64,000 bases of DNA from Mayamaea pseudoterrestris (taxonomy: Eukaryota). The notes under the pieces were generated by a model. That model did no database searches. It was given only the letters and a program-made list of their open reading frames with translations, and was not told the DNA's origin. This document shows positions 23,243 to 34,041 of this stretch, one piece after another; position 1 is the stretch's first letter, and each line of letters opens with the position of its first letter. The DNA lies in NCBI GenBank assembly GCA_027923505.1, contig BROI01000005.1:558001-622000 (forward strand). The letters run 5' to 3'. The position numbers and the translations under genes are program-made.

Positions 23243-23707
23243 ATGCTTTCTCATATGAGCATTGCCGTCAAACACAGCCAGCGAACGCTACTGCCGTACA
23301 CTAGGACGCTGCCCAAGGCTGCTTTCTATTCGCCGACGCCCAAAGAGTTCGTCCCCGAGGAGGGCTACTACCATGGCCACTTGATTACGGAAAACCTTGA
23401 GTACTTGAACGACGTGATTGACAAGAGCGTTGAGCTTCAAGAAACTGTGCGTACAGTGAAGGACTCGCATGCGGCTGCAGTGGAATCAAACAAGACGCTC
23501 AAAGCGGAAGATGTGAGGCGCCTCTTGGCCCTGGCGCGCAAACGTAACGATGAAATTGCAACGCAGATCGGAATTCTGCAAAACATTTTGGACGACAACA
23601 GAACCTTTGCAGTAGATGCTCCCGATGGTATACCGGACTGGTATGTCATTGAAGAGTTGGAAAAGGTGCAAGAGATTCTCAAGAGTAATGACGGTACGGT
23701 CAAGTAA
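23243..23707 (+). CDS. Hypothetical protein, possibly mitochondrial (FAVDAPDG motif)
   Basis: Clean ORF divergent from TIM44 with a presequence-like N-terminus. Confidence 0.6.
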   Translation: MLSHMSIAVKHSQRTLLPYTRTLPKAAFYSPTPKEFVPEEGYYHGHLITENLEYLNDVIDKSVELQETVRTVKDSHAAAVESNKTLKAEDVRRLLALARKRNDEIATQIGILQNILDDNRTFAVDAPDGIPDWYVIEELEKVQEILKSNDGTVK

Positions 23708-24168
23708 GCCTGCTGATAGTTCTGCTACATTAAACGAAACGATTAATATTGACTGTATCTATTCATATGGACGCTCCATCTACTTTTAGTTTACGTCGTC
23801 ATAATGATACAGTTCGCAGATATGTTTTTAGATTCGGCAAATTTCTTGTCTGATAGCCGAAAATGCGCACCTGGTCCACACCCGAAAGCATTTAAGATAG
23901 AGTCTATGGGACCCATGCTTTCTTCCGAGCGTCCTTCCTTCCGTATTTCTAGCAATTTTTGAAGCTGCTTTTGCATCTAGGTAACGGTCTTCTATTGGCG
24001 CGTGATTGACTCCAAACAGAGGCAAGTACGTCGTAGCTAAACTCAACGGCGGGTCTTGTTTCGGTCACGCTTGCGACCGGCTGGCTCGCAGGGCGGTCAC
24101 ACTTTTTGTTCACTGATCCAAAATTTGCTGCCGAATGAATGCCGAGTGACGACGAAGATCTCGACCCG

Positions 24169-24402
24169 TAAAAGAAACCTGCTAGCTGAAGTGCAAGTTA
24201 GGTGTCAATCAAGCTCGCCAGGGAGTAGACGCTGGAGAGTCCTTTAGTTGTAGCAATAAGCTCACAATTTTAGATTTGAGTTGCTTTCAAACAAGTTGTC
24301 GTCGAGCGTAAGTGCGGGACTTTGATTCCAAGAGTCATAGGCTGCCGCCAGGGGACTAAACTAAAGTCCTCGGGTAGCTCGTCACCAGATAGACTTCTTT
24401 GA
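24169..24402 (+). repeat. 5' LTR of element D
   Basis: Direct repeat of 31727-31960. Confidence 0.97.
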
Positions 24403-24414
24403 GGTTATGAGCCC
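24403..24414 (+). other. PBS of element D, complementary to the anticodon arm of initiator tRNA-Met
   Basis: GGTTATGAGCCC is the reverse complement of GGGCTCATAACC, the half-tRNAiMet priming mode known from copia and Ty5. Confidence 0.88.
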
Positions 24415-24909
24415 AAACAGCTATCGCGAACCTTGACAAAACCTGATTGTCAAGCTTAACAAGAGAAGATGCATTCCATACGAAGAAGCAACCGGGCGTA
24501 ACAAGAACTTTCGCGAATTTTTGTCACCATCCGATCGTCTGGATTAAGCCCCTCGCCAAGGGTAATATGGCCCGTGTCAAGCGTCACTGATCCTGTACAG
24601 TCTAACAGACAGTACCAAGCAAGCAGTCGCGTCAACACTTTGATTACTGAGCGAGTCCCTTAAGTGGAAACTTTCGCCAAAAGTGTCAATGCCTCCCAAT
24701 TATTGCAAGTTGGTCATTTAAGAAGGCTGCCTAAAATAGGCTTAAATAAGAAATTTCGAGTATCCAACGGAAGAAAATTCCTGGCGTGCTCGCCCACGGT
24801 TTGTCGAGTTGCCACCATGAGGCAAACGAAACCAAAACAAGCAAGCAAACAGCAAGCGTTTTAACCAAGTTAACAAGCAGCAATCAACCACCCTACCGTT
24901 ACCATCAAG

Positions 24910-25629
24910 ATGTCCAAGTCCACCGAAGCGTTGGAGAGGGAGCTCAAGGAGCTAGCGAAGCTTGTAGCGCAGCTACAGAAGGAGAAGGAGGACGGCGCCT
25001 CAACGGCAATGACTTACCAGGAGCTCAAGCAGTTGGCCCGCAGCAAGGCGCAAGAGTTGGCGAAGGACTGGAATCTTACTAGTCGCACTGGAGCTGCATT
25101 CCAAGCCAGTACACCTGGAGAGACGCAGTTTCGCCTCGGCAATAACCAAGGCCGAGGAGGCGGCAATGGAAACCGGAGCAATGCTAATAACCATCCTGCA
25201 CCGGCAGAAGGCGGATCCGAGCGGCAGACCTTTGCCGGAACAGAGAAGCTTTACTGTCGACGATGCCGACGCTGGTTGCCTGTGTCCAGTAACAAGGCAC
25301 ATGTAACGGCCGATCACCGCAGCAATCCAAACAACGGTGGCGGCAATAGCAGCAACAATGGCAATGGCTCTGGTGGATCCAGTCGCGGCCGCTCCCAGTC
25401 GCGCGAGCGGAATAACAGCGGCAATGCCAATGGTGGCGGGGGCGGTAACAACAACGGAAACAGTAACGGCGGCAGAGGCAATGGAGGCAGAAGGCGCCGC
25501 AACAGGAACAATGGTGGGCGCGGTGGCCAGGGCGGCAATAATCAAAGCGCCCAGCAACCGACCCAGTCGACAACCACGTCGAGCGGTTACCTCTCTAGCT
25601 TCTCCATGAATCTGTTCCCCGAAATGTGA
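24910..25629 (+). CDS. Short Gag-like protein of element D
   Basis: CRRC...H...H zinc-knuckle-like motif followed by a G/N/R-rich tail; first ORF after the PBS. Confidence 0.75.
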   Translation: MSKSTEALERELKELAKLVAQLQKEKEDGASTAMTYQELKQLARSKAQELAKDWNLTSRTGAAFQASTPGETQFRLGNNQGRGGGNGNRSNANNHPAPAEGGSERQTFAGTEKLYCRRCRRWLPVSSNKAHVTADHRSNPNNGGGNSSNNGNGSGGSSRGRSQSRERNNSGNANGGGGGNNNGNSNGGRGNGGRRRRNRNNGGRGGQGGNNQSAQQPTQSTTTSSGYLSSFSMNLFPEM

Positions 25630-26676
25630 AGGTGTTGGACGCTACTCATGTTCTTTATTATGGTATTGAATCTGAGTGCGTCGGGTTTAAGATTTGCAAG
25701 TCTCACAAGTGTTCCAGCTCCTTACCAGGCAGCAGGCCAAGCTTTCGAGGCAGTTCTTCTTGGAGCCGGTCGATTTATCCTTGCTTTGGCAGCTCTTCTG
25801 AGCCAGTCCCCATGGTTGCAGTGTTTCTATCAAGTTGTTGCAAGTTTCAACCGCAATGGCTTGCTCCTGCTCCAGTGGATTGCCCATTGGACGAGTTGGA
25901 TGGCGTTTTACTTCATACGTCTCCTCGATTCAGCGCAAGTGGAAACCGCGTTCCTCGGTGTCCTTTCCAAGCTCCAAGAACCTTGTTACTATGTTCTCCA
26001 AGCACTGTGGTTCGTTCTCAAAATGAATCCGGTGTCCCAAATTCTAGGCAAGCTCCTCGAGTGGTTAGCTAAACCGTTCAGGATGCGAGCCGATGTGTCC
26101 CAGTGGACATCTCCACGCGTCTTTCCAAAGCGCTGGATGGTCCTCGATGCCGTCATGCTCTCTAATCATGCGGCCATGGAAGTGTCACAAAGATTGGTGC
26201 GCTACACACGATTCGTGCACCTATTCTGTCGATATCAAGTCCGTCTGTCCACATGCGTCTCTTCCTGAGTGCAAGGCGCAAGAAATGGAAGAAGGCGCAA
26301 GTTGCTATTCGAGAGGAAGCCAAGCTAGTCGGCGAGCAGCTTTAACGCAGCCAAGCAGATGCATGCTCGAGTTGCGCCAAAAGCCATGGAATTTGACGGC
26401 TAACATGCTTTGATCACCAAGATTTACCAAGTCTTTTGGAAGCGCAAGCGCAATGGTTAGCAATGCTCCCACCAGTGCCAAGCAAAGTCGGCGGACAACA
26501 GAAGCAAGATGAGGAAGCTGCACTAGACCCTCTCCAAGTCTGTTTCTTTGTGCCTGCCGAGCAAGAGTCTCTACCCCAGGAAGCTTTCTTTGATGCTGTT
26601 GGCGATATAACAGACATTGAAGACGTCTTCTTCGAGGTTGAGCAAATTCCCAGTCCTGTACCCAGTGATGATCCGT

Positions 26677-26820
26677 CCCCGCTCGCGTCCCTGACCGAGT
26701 CCAAGACCAAGATCAAGACCAAGGCCCTGCTCGTGTCCCTGACCGAGTCCAAGACCAAGTCCAAGTCCAAGGCCCCGCTCGTGTCCCTGACCGAGTGCAA
26801 GACCAAGTCCCAGTCCAAGT
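26677..26820 (+). repeat. 3 x 48-bp coding tandem repeat in element D
   Basis: Units start at 26677, 26725 and 26773 and encode variants of PLASLTESKTKIKTKA. Confidence 0.92.
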
Positions 26821-28875
26821 CCTATTCCCAATGCCAGGCTCTTATGCCGGCGCCAAGCAAGCTTCTCGAGGAGGTTCTCCACGGCCATGAAGGCGCATCA
26901 ACGATAGCTCAAGCTCTTCTCTCCACGGTTGATGAGTCCTTTAACTTGTCGCCGCCCTATCCAGGGAGCCTGTCGCCGCCTCTTCAATTGCGGTCATCAA
27001 GCTTGGGCAAGGAAGACTATAGCAATGCATTCAATGCTCACGTCTTTGACCCAGACTTTGTCATGGCGTTGCATTCGAGGCCAAGTGTTCAGGGCGGTCA
27101 GGAGGAGCTAATCTCCGTCGTCCTAGATACTGGTTGCTCCGTTGCTCTGACGTTTTGTGAGGATGATTTTGTTGAGTTGTCAAGGACCAAAGGCTTTATC
27201 AATACCGCTAATGGCAAGTCTGCTATCACGGGGCACGGCAAAGTGCGTTGGATGTTTATCACGGAGCAAGGCGAGAATGTGGAGGTCATTGTACCAGCGC
27301 ATTTGTGTCCTGCCTCCAACCAACGCCTGCTGTCGCCTCAAGGCTATGCTCTATACCACGGTTTAAGCCAAGATGAGATCCAATATGGCGGTTCACATTC
27401 ATTCTTCTTCATGAACCTGAAGGACCAAGATGGCAAGTTTCACAAGTTCCGTTGTCCCATTCATCCGCGCTCGAACCTTCCACTAGCGGTTGCCCGCTCA
27501 AGCGAGTCCTGCACGTGTGCCGAAGCCAATTGCACAAGTTGCTTCAGCCATGGCTACATTACTGTGGCTGAGGAGACAAACCAGAATCTAACTGGCAGTC
27601 AACGTGAGCTCCTACTGTGGCATCAGCGTCTCGCGCACCGAGCAATGAACTATGTTCAAGACTTGTTTATTCCGAAGGTCGAGCCCAGCTCCTTGCCTCC
27701 TGCTGAGCCACCGCCGGGTCCGTGTATCAAACCGACTCACAGCGGTGCTCGCACATGTCCTGCTCCTAAGTGTGCTGCCTGCCTACTAGCCAAGCAGCGG
27801 CGCAGGCGAGAGCTCAAGGAGTGCGCAATCTTGTTGATGGCGCTCTGATGGTGGATGATTTGCAGCCAGGTGACCCGTCTCTGTTGATCATCAGTCGTCA
27901 GTCTCGGTAGACGCCCGACGTCTCGAGGGCGGGAATCCACAGGAATGAAATTTTGCGGCGGTACCATTTACGTGACCATTGTTCCAGAGCTATCTTCTGT
28001 ATCCACCAAGTCAGTTTTGCGACGGCGATACCATCAAGGGCAAGCGGCTAGTTGAAAAATACTTTGACGAAGCCCTGCCTGGACTAAAGATCAAAGCCTT
28101 CCATGGCGACAATGGCATTTTCAACTCAGCCGAGTTTGAGGCCGACTTGTTGCGCCAAGGGCAGACGATTAAGTTCAGCGGTGTCGGTGCACATCATCAA
28201 AACGGTGTTGCAGAACGTTCCATTCAGATTGTGGTAGAGATGGCGAGAACGATGATGCAGCATGCTTCAATGCACTGGCCGTCGGAATTCGAGGAAAGTT
28301 TGTGGCCCTTCGCCATGGACTATGCCTGCTGGTTGTGGAACAACATGCCGTCCCGAGGAGGTTTAACACCTTTGGAAGTGATGTCCGGTGTCTCCGGTGG
28401 AGGTGCAAACCTTAGCCGTGCAAGAGTTTGGGGTTGTCCAACCTTCGTGTTAGATCCAAAGCTACAAGACAAAAAGAAGATCCCGAAATGGCGCCCACGC
28501 TCCAGGCGAGGCCAGTTTCTGGGCATGTCTACAGCTCATTCATCAACCGTTGGTCTCATCCGGAATCTGGTTACTCAGCACGTGTCGCCACAATTCCATG
28601 TGGTGTATGATGAGCTGTTCCAGACGGTGGCAAACCCTGGCTTTGACGACGCAGACCCACTATGGATCCGCCTGTTTCGGTCAAACCGAGAGCTTTACCT
28701 CGACATGGAGGAGCTCAAGGCAGACTTGTATCCAGCGCAGTTAAGAGAGGACTACTGGACTGAGGAAGATAGCAGGTTGCACACGAAAAACAGCAACCAG
28801 AGCGATACCTTTACTTGTCATAGTGCATGGTGCCTTGTATGCAGCATATAGTACACTAGCAGACGGAAAAGTAGC

Positions 28876-28931
28876 AGCGTGTTTAGAGGTGATATAGCCG
28901 GTTATCCTTGGTTCGATTCCGAGGTGCGCTA
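28876..28931 (+). ncRNA. tRNA-like RNA without anticodon arm in TRIM-2 5' LTR (putative self-encoded RT primer)
   Basis: AGCGT pairs with GCGCT. T-arm CCTTGG-TTCGATT-CCGAGG. 12 nt to discriminator A28931, TTTT at 28933-28936, upstream ATATAG TATA-like element. Confidence 0.75.
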
Positions 28932-28975
28932 CTTTTAACGGCATAGTGATACTACTTTCTGTTGCATACCTGCTA

Positions 28976-28988
28976 TGGTAGCGTCCCT
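28976..28988 (+). other. Primer-binding site of TRIM-2
   Basis: TGGTAGCGTCCCT abuts the 5' LTR. Confidence 0.85.
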
Positions 28989-29345
28989 ATCGAGAGATCT
29001 GGACTGAGGCTGCTGGTTCGAGTTGCGATCGAATCAAGCGAAGAAAAAGCAAAAATTCACTGGTTGCACGGGTTTGTCACGAACGAACGATGGGGAGTCG
29101 CGGACCCTGGGGAGTGCACAAAGATGCGCCGAGCCCGAAACGCCGCAGGAAAAACTGAAAAGTGACATTCCCCCGCGAGACGAAAATGCCAGCTGAAACG
29201 GAAGACGAGTTAGCACTATGACGCGCAAAGCTAGGGGAGTAGCAGGTTGCACACGAAAAACAGCAACCAGAGCGATACCTTTACTTGTCATAGTGCATGG
29301 TGCCTTGTATGCAGCATATAGTACACTAGCAGACGGAAAAGTAGC

Positions 29346-29401
29346 AGCGTGTTTAGAGGTGATATAGCCGGTTATCCTTGGTTCGATTCCGAGGTGCGCT
29401 A
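29346..29401 (+). ncRNA. Second copy of the tRNA-like RNA (TRIM-2 3' LTR)
   Basis: Identical to 28876-28931. Confidence 0.75.
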
Positions 29402-31726
29402 CTTTTAACGGCATAGTGATACTACTTTCTGTTGCATACCTGCTAAAGAAGCTGAGTTTCACCGCAGAGACAAGAGCACAAGTGCAGAAGCTACCGACGA
29501 GTTGTATACCGACGTTGACGTTGTGCCGAGCCAAGAGCCAGCCCCAGAGGGCGGCCAGCCAACTGAAGCACCAACTGATGCGCCAGCTCACGGTTTAGCT
29601 AATGTACAAGCTCCTATTGCCGTTGACTTCGTCCCTGACGAGGAAGTTGACGAAGAACCCGAGCAAGAGGACGAGTCTGCAGAGGCTCCTTCCTTGCAAC
29701 CAAGTGCCGATCCACAGTCTGACGAAGAGACTGTCCTAGCCAACAACCAGTCACTGCACCGCCGTTCCAAGAGGAAGACCAAAGGTCAGCGCAAACAATT
29801 GCGGTTTGACGAAGAGTTCCATCTTGCAGAGCGCGCCGTCTTGACGGAAGAAGGTTGGGTGATCCGAGCCAAGAACTCCAAAAGGGTTGGTGCGATTGTG
29901 TATCCCATAGAGAAGGACGATATTATAGGCCAACGCATGGATTGGACTGCCTCAGCAAGTTCTGGTTCATTAGCGGCGCTCTTCACTGAATATGAGCGAC
30001 TGTACACCGATCCTTACTCAATGGAGATTGACGATTCACATCCGTTCTCGTATGCCGCCAAGGTCGCCGACGCAGATTCTCCTACTTACCGGGACATTTG
30101 CCGAGCAGACGAGGAAAGCCAAGCCAAGTGGATGACTGCTATGCAGGGCGAAATGGACGCGCTCTTTAGCAAAGGAACGTTTGAGTGGATTCACAAATCA
30201 AAAGTTCCCAAGGGCAAGCAAGTCATTCCAACAACCTGGGTCTTCAAAGTGAAGCGAGCCGTCGACATGAGTATTCGCAAGTTCAAAGCGAGATTCTGTG
30301 TCAGAGGCGACCGCCAAGATCTTAAAGATGAAGATGGCGCTGAGCCAAGCGTTTACGCTCCCGTTGTCCAATGGTCCACCATAAGACTGATGTTTAACCT
30401 GATGATTGCTCACAAGCTCAAGTCGACCCAGATTGATTTCCGCAATGCTTTCGTTCAGTCTGATTTGCCAGAGCCGATTTACATCCAAGCTCCAGCGGGT
30501 TTGAATGACCCTAGCAAGAAGGATCACGTTCTTAAGGTCTTGAAGAGTTTGTATGGCGACAGGCGCGCACCCCAGTTATGGTTCAAGCATTTGTGCAAAG
30601 GATTGGAGATGCAAGGATTCAAGCCGTCTCAGCACGATCCGTGTCTCTTTATCCGCCACGATTGCGTCTTCTTTGTTCATGTTGATGACGGTTGCTTTGT
30701 CTCCAAGTCGCAGAAAGTGATTGACAAGTGCATCGAACAACTGATCAAGGATGGCTATGATTTGGATCCCGAGCGCGGCGATTTAGCTGGTTTTCTAGGC
30801 ATCAAGATTGAGGAGGAGAAGGACAGCCAAGGCAAAAGCAATGGCAACCTCGTCCTTACTCAAAACTCACTCATTGAGCGCATCCTTAAAGTGCTCAAGC
30901 TTTCTGATTCTAAAAAGACCAAGCTCATCCCCGCAGCCGAAGCCTTAAAGGCATGCAAGGAGTGTCCGGCCCACGACGAAGATTGGAATTACAGATCCGT
31001 CGAAGGCATGATGCTCTATCTAGCGCAGAATACAAGACCAGACATTGCAATGGCGGTTCACCAAGCGGCACGATTTGCTAACGATCCACGCGACGTGCAT
31101 TCCAAGGCTCTCTTCTACATTGGTCAGTACCTACTAGCTACACGAACCAAGGGAATGATCCTGCGCCCGAACCGTAATTCAATGCATTTGGACATGTATT
31201 GTGACGCCGACTTTTCCGGTCTATTCAAAGTGGAAGACCGTGACGACCCAAGAAGCGCCCGCTCTCGAACTGGTTACATTATCACGTTAGGAGGAGCGCC
31301 AGTGCTCTGGGCAAGCAAGCTCCAGACGGAGATTGCGACTTCTACCTGCGAGGCCGAGTACATTGCGTTATCTACAGGAATGCGATCACTGCTACCAGCC
31401 CGCTGGATTTTACAAGAAGTTACTAGCATGTTGCAGTTGCCGTCAAAGCAGCGCTCTGTCATTTCAACCGTTTGGGAAGACAATGATGCAGCTTTGATTC
31501 TGGCCACAACAGACCCACCCAAGATCTCGTCACGAACCAAGCATTTCAATGTGAAATATCACTGGTTTAGGAGTCACCTTAAGAAGGGACAGATTGAGTG
31601 CAAGCGAGTCGATACCAAGGAGCAGTGGGCAGACATTATGACGAAGCCACTGGACCGTATCCGACTGGAAGCAATCCGTAAGAAGATCATGGGATGGTAA
31701 GACCTTGTTGCTCACTTGAGGAGGAG

Positions 31727-31960
31727 TAAAAGAAACCTGCTAGCTGAAGTGCAAGTTAGGTGTCAATCAAGCTCGCCAGGGAGTAGACGCTGGAGAGTCC
31801 TTTAGTTGTAGCAATAAGCTCACAATTTTAGATTTGAGTTGCTTTCAAACAAGTTGTCGTCGAGCGTAAGTGCGGGACTTTGATTCCAAGAGTCATAGGC
31901 TGCCGCCAGGGGACTAAACTAAAGTCCTCGGGTAGCTCGTCACCAGATAGACTTCTTTGA
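31727..31960 (+). repeat. 3' LTR of element D
   Basis: Direct repeat of 24169-24402. Confidence 0.97.
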
Positions 31961-32084
31961 ACCCGTTGCTCTCTTGCATCACTTTTTCCGAGCTCGGGCG
32001 GCTATCAAGCACCTCCATTCCTTGTTACAATCCAGTTTTCGAGTTAACGAATCGGTTCCCTCTTCACCTCTATCCATTTGCACG

Positions 32085-33820
32085 ATGAAGATTTCTACAA
32101 TCCTTCTCCTTGCCACCCTCCTCGGCAGCTCGGCCGCTCAGCGCGAGTACTTGAACCCAGCAACTGAAGCTTGGACGACGGTCGGTGGAGAAGTCAAGCC
32201 TGGCAATGGCTTGTTTGCGGACCCATCCGGAGATACCTTGGTGGGAAGCTTCTTCGACGGAAGTCTCATCATGTTCAACGCCGAGACAGGAGAAAAGCTC
32301 GCCACATACACGCCATCCGTTTCTAGTGGAGCCACCATCCGTGGCTTTGGAGGTGTGACGTTTTCCTACGCGGGAGCGACGCCCTATGTGACCTATGCGA
32401 TTACGGTGAATCCGTTTGACGATGCGAAAACGTAAGTAGCTATGCACTTGGTTGCGAATGACGAATGAATGGAAGAACACGACTCATTTCTCGCACTTCA
32501 TTTCTTTCGACAGGCGCGTGATTGCCGTTTCGCCATCGGGTGATCAGATTCTTGAAACTGTTGGCGTACCAGGAGTCCAGTCAGGCACTCCATTGACTAC
32601 CTACGATGGTCGCTACATTTTGATGAACTCCAACTTGGACGACCAGGGCTACTTTTCCGTATTTGATACCAACGGCGACACATCGAATCCGATTGAACCG
32701 GTCTATCAGTTTACTGGTAATTCGACGGCACCTTTTGCACCTCTTGGAGGCTTTTTGCAGCCAGCCGAAGGATACTATGATGGTGGAGAAGCCAATCGCA
32801 ACGATATTTTTGCCTGGGGTGTCTCCGTTCCAGAGAATGCCACTGCTGCTGGCATGGGTCAGTTGTACGCCTTTCAAATGCCCATGGACGGGAGTGCCAT
32901 GAAAGCATTTGCTCTAGGTGGCGAGCAAGCCTTCCAAATGTCAACTGCTCCAGTCTTTGGCAACAAGGGACGCAACTTGTACCTGGCCACGACACGCGCC
33001 GAAGAACGCTGCTGGGTAGGAGAAGCTGGCTTTGATCGCAGTCGATTCAATCGCGGACGCACTGAAACGATCGGTTTGACGCGTGGAAGTCCGCAGTATA
33101 TTTCGGCCGCTGCGCCGCCAAGTCTTGGAGGAGATCCAGAGTTTCCGACAGTCTATGGACCAGGTACGTGTTGAGACGGACATGTATACTGTTTTACGAT
33201 TTGATAGTAATTGACTGATAACTTACCTCGTTTACGCTACAGGTGCCGCCGCTGAAGTCTGGGCTGCTACTTACAATTTCTCCATGTACGTGGCCGTCCC
33301 AACCACTGCCGTCGTTACGAGTAAGGTGCAGGTGTCGCCCGACAATGTCATGGTTTATTATGGCACACAGGATGGGTTCCTCGTCCAGGCCGACGCTGCC
33401 TCATTGACGCCGGTCTGGTCCAAAACATTTGGTGTATCTTTGGAGGGAGAGATTGCCCTTAACAAACAGGGCACCATGGTTTACGCGTGCGACTCGTCGG
33501 GAGTGGTCAAGGCTTACACTGTATCGACGCCGGATTCCACTACCACTGCTCCCACGGCCACTGCCGCACCAACCGGACCAACCATTGCGCCAACGATCAC
33601 GCCGCAACCCACCATTACTCCTCGTCCGACAACATTTGCTCCCACCAAAGCACCAGCGGCGGCGGCGACGGATTCGCCTACCAAGACGCCGACGAGGGAT
33701 GATGCACCAACAGGATCGCAACCTTCTGGTGGTTCCGTGGAACCTTTGGAGAACTCGTCCGCGACGCGTGCGATGGGTGTGGTTGTTCCCTTGGCACTTC
33801 TCCTTGGTCTCCTGTTGTAA
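32085..33820 (+). CDS. Secreted/cell-surface protein, beta-propeller (PQQ-like) with a Pro/Thr stalk and probable GPI or TM anchor
   Basis: Signal peptide MKISTILLLATLLGSSAA. Introns 32432-32513 and 33164-33242. APT/PT repeats and a hydrophobic C-terminus. Confidence 0.75.
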
Positions 33821-34041
33821 AGTGCTGCTATGACTGCAGTCATATCTGTGAAATAGATTATGCGACATTGCTGTGTGTGTGTAAAGTGTTACAACTCTTT
33901 CAAGTGACTATAAATGATATAAGCTGACGTTGCAGTAAAGTTATTCTCTATCTTTGTTTGTAACAAGTAGAGACAATGCTGTGCATTGTGATTACCGCGT
34001 CACATCCAAACGCCAAAAGTACCTCCATATAGCATTCGCTC

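Larger units (their letters stand above)
28770..29445 (+). mobile_element. TRIM-2: non-autonomous mini LTR retrotransposon (676 bp) nested in pol of element D
   Basis: Identical 206-bp LTRs at 28770-28975 and 29240-29445 (TAGCAGGT...ACCTGCTA). 4-bp TSD AAGA at 28766-28769 and 29446-29449; removing the element and one copy restores the pol frame (YWTEEEAEFH). PBS at 28976, PPT AGGGGAG at 29233-29239. Confidence 0.96.
25648..31700 (+). pseudogene. Pol region of element D: hydrophobic leader ORF, protease, GAG-pre-integrase, integrase, RT, RNase H; frameshifted and interrupted by TRIM-2
   Basis: VVLDTGCS (protease), LLWHQRLAH...CAAC, HGDNG and HQNGVAER (integrase), KARFCVRGD, KSLYG and VHVDDG (RT), YCDADF and QWADIMTKPL (RNase H). 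Confidence 0.92.
24169..31960 (+). mobile_element. Full-length Ty1/copia LTR retrotransposon D, primed by half tRNAiMet, carrying TRIM-2
   Basis: Apparently identical 234-bp LTRs at 24169-24402 and 31727-31960 (TA...GA). TSD ACCCG at 24164-24168 and 31961-31965. PBS GGTTATGAGCCC, PPT GAGGAGGAG at 31718-31726. Order PR-IN-RT-RH. Confidence 0.97.

Noticed and set aside
21850..23707. Apparent overlap of ORFs 21850-23181 and 22994-23707
   Set aside because: Artefact of upstream start choice; the likely starts (22965 on minus, 23243 on plus) give an ordinary divergent pair.
24403..24414. Novel priming mode for element D
   Set aside because: Half-tRNAiMet priming is established for copia and Ty5-type elements.
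26677..26820. CRISPR-like array
   Set aside because: Contiguous coding tandem repeat without unique spacers; eukaryotic context and no cas genes.
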